From Phoronis australis (Eukaryota; Animalia; Phoronida), in contig NMRA01001166.1 of the NCBI GenBank assembly GCA_002633005.1, forward strand, positions 8,057 through 44,470: 36,414 nucleotides of DNA, in the 5' to 3' direction. Below the pieces are notes generated by a model, which had not been told where the DNA came from, made no database searches, and was given only the letters and a program-made list of their open reading frames with translations. Each line of letters opens with the position of its first letter. Position 1 is the first letter of the stretch. Below are positions 34,799 to 36,414 of this stretch, in pieces. The position numbers were made by a program, and so were the translations under genes.

Positions 34799-36414
34799 CA
34801 GACGAACGTAGAACACATAGAGCAAAATACATGTAAGTAGTATCTAATGTAAGCATTAAAATATTTAGACATTACGAACATATCAAGAACAAAAACATGC
34901 ACAGATATAGAAATCAGAAGCAACGAGATTAATAAGCGATGCGTGAAAATTTATTAACATTGCTTAAGAAGAAGGCATTGAGAAAAAGTGTGAACTACCA
35001 TTTAATAATAATGAAACTTTAGTAGGGATGTTATTACAGGAACTGAAAGCATTTACAATTATTAGTTTGTTTTCATTGAGTCCACGGAAGTGTGAATTTC
35101 TCGGGTATTCGATGAGGATACATTTGAAGAAAACATGGAGATAAGATTGGTGGTCACAGCATTTACAGTTTGGAGAAACATTACTAAATTTGTGCCTAAA
35201 CATGTCGGAGTTGAGGAAAAGACCGCATCTCGAATCGGTACAATGCTACATGTACATGTATATTTCGTTTTCGCGGGGAAAACAGTATTATGTCAGGGGT
35301 ATTGTGTTGTCAAAATTAGGAAAACCAAGTGTTATACTCTTAAAAGAATTGCTTTCCTTAACCTAATGCTGGTGTATTTTCAAACCATCATTCACTAATT
35401 CGAGATGTATAGTAAGTCATTCCTAACAATGGCAAAAAGAAAGCGAAAAAGCAAATCTTTTATAGAACAATTGAGATTCAGTTTCAAGAACAAATGTCCT
35501 ATGTGTTTGGCACACGATTTCCGGTGATTCTTGGGTGTTATCTGGGACCTTATTTGACTCCACGCAGTATGTATACTGTTGCCAGAAAAAATCGACGCTT
35601 TTCATTGTTAACGATGATTGAAATTGCACACTACCGATGAAATTTCTCATACACAGGCCTGAACTAAGGCAAAATAAATTAGGGGGAAGGCTAAATTCGT
35701 GGGCGAGCAAATAACCATTGAAAACGAACACTTTTCAAAGGGGCGCCTTCCGATCATTGCCTTCAGGAAAGTAGGACAGCTGCCGTGAATGCTTGTTATT
35801 AGCGTACATTTAGCAGTCGACAATTTCGTTCTTTTTGTCTTTTTATTATTGTTTGTCTTCATTTCGTTCCCTTATGGTCCACCCCTATGTTTTGTTCTTC
35901 ATGCCTGCGTAAGGGAGGTGGAACGATCCACAGACCAATCCAAACTAAAAATGTTATAGATCAGTGAAACATAGTTCATCTTTGGGTGTAATTGAACTGT
36001 TTTTAATATCTTAAAATCACGCACGCGCGAATTTTTTTATGTAAATCATGGAGGCTGTAGCCACAGCTTCCTGTGTTTCCGACAGCCCTGCCACAGAAGG
36101 ATCAAATTTTGAGGGCAAAACTCAGCAAAATAGTGGCTTGTGAGGGGTGGCTAATCTGAGCGCTGGGCTAATGTAGCGCTACAAAGAGCAAATATTTTAT
36201 GATTTACATTTGTAACATTTATTACCGCATGTGATCACGATAAATGTTTATAATTTCCGTTTTTCATTCGTTGCAAGTTTTCCGAATGCTCTCTCAGAAA
36301 TTGACTGTGCGAGTTGCGAGACCGTCAGTCGCAGGGAATAACCAACATATTGTAACTGCGGAAGATTCTGCCCACATAACTTCAAAAAACACTTGTACAA
36401 CAATTGTACTTAAA

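Noticed and set aside
35655-35790. Possible hAT-like MITE (caggcctgaact..., gaaggc/gccttc motifs)
   Set aside because: Only one plausible end and no TSD; too weak to call.

Overview
AT-rich eukaryotic (metazoan, probably lophotrochozoan-type invertebrate) genomic DNA, not prokaryotic. Most ORF-track entries are spurious. The left part holds the last three coding exons of a + strand gene encoding kringle-kringle-S/T linker-PAN/apple-like protein, with a GC-AG intron (1208-8240). A probable second spliced gene of unknown function lies at about 24880-26319. The rest is mostly decayed or non-autonomous mobile DNA: a CR1/L2-type LINE remnant, a tandem dimer of a Helentron/HINE-like element with a 4x reiterated 5' end, an internally deleted Sola3 transposon (TTAA|GAG...CTC|TTAA), a multi-level nest at 27-29.7 kb (paired palindromic MITE copies around a THAP-bearing ISL2EU-like element, split by a hAT-like element that contains a pogo-like MITE), an RTEX/L2-like LINE remnant and a mariner pseudogene. 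TACATGTA is strongly over-represented, with internal evidence that it arises by CATGTA insertion at TA. All family calls come from motif recognition by eye; no database search was run.
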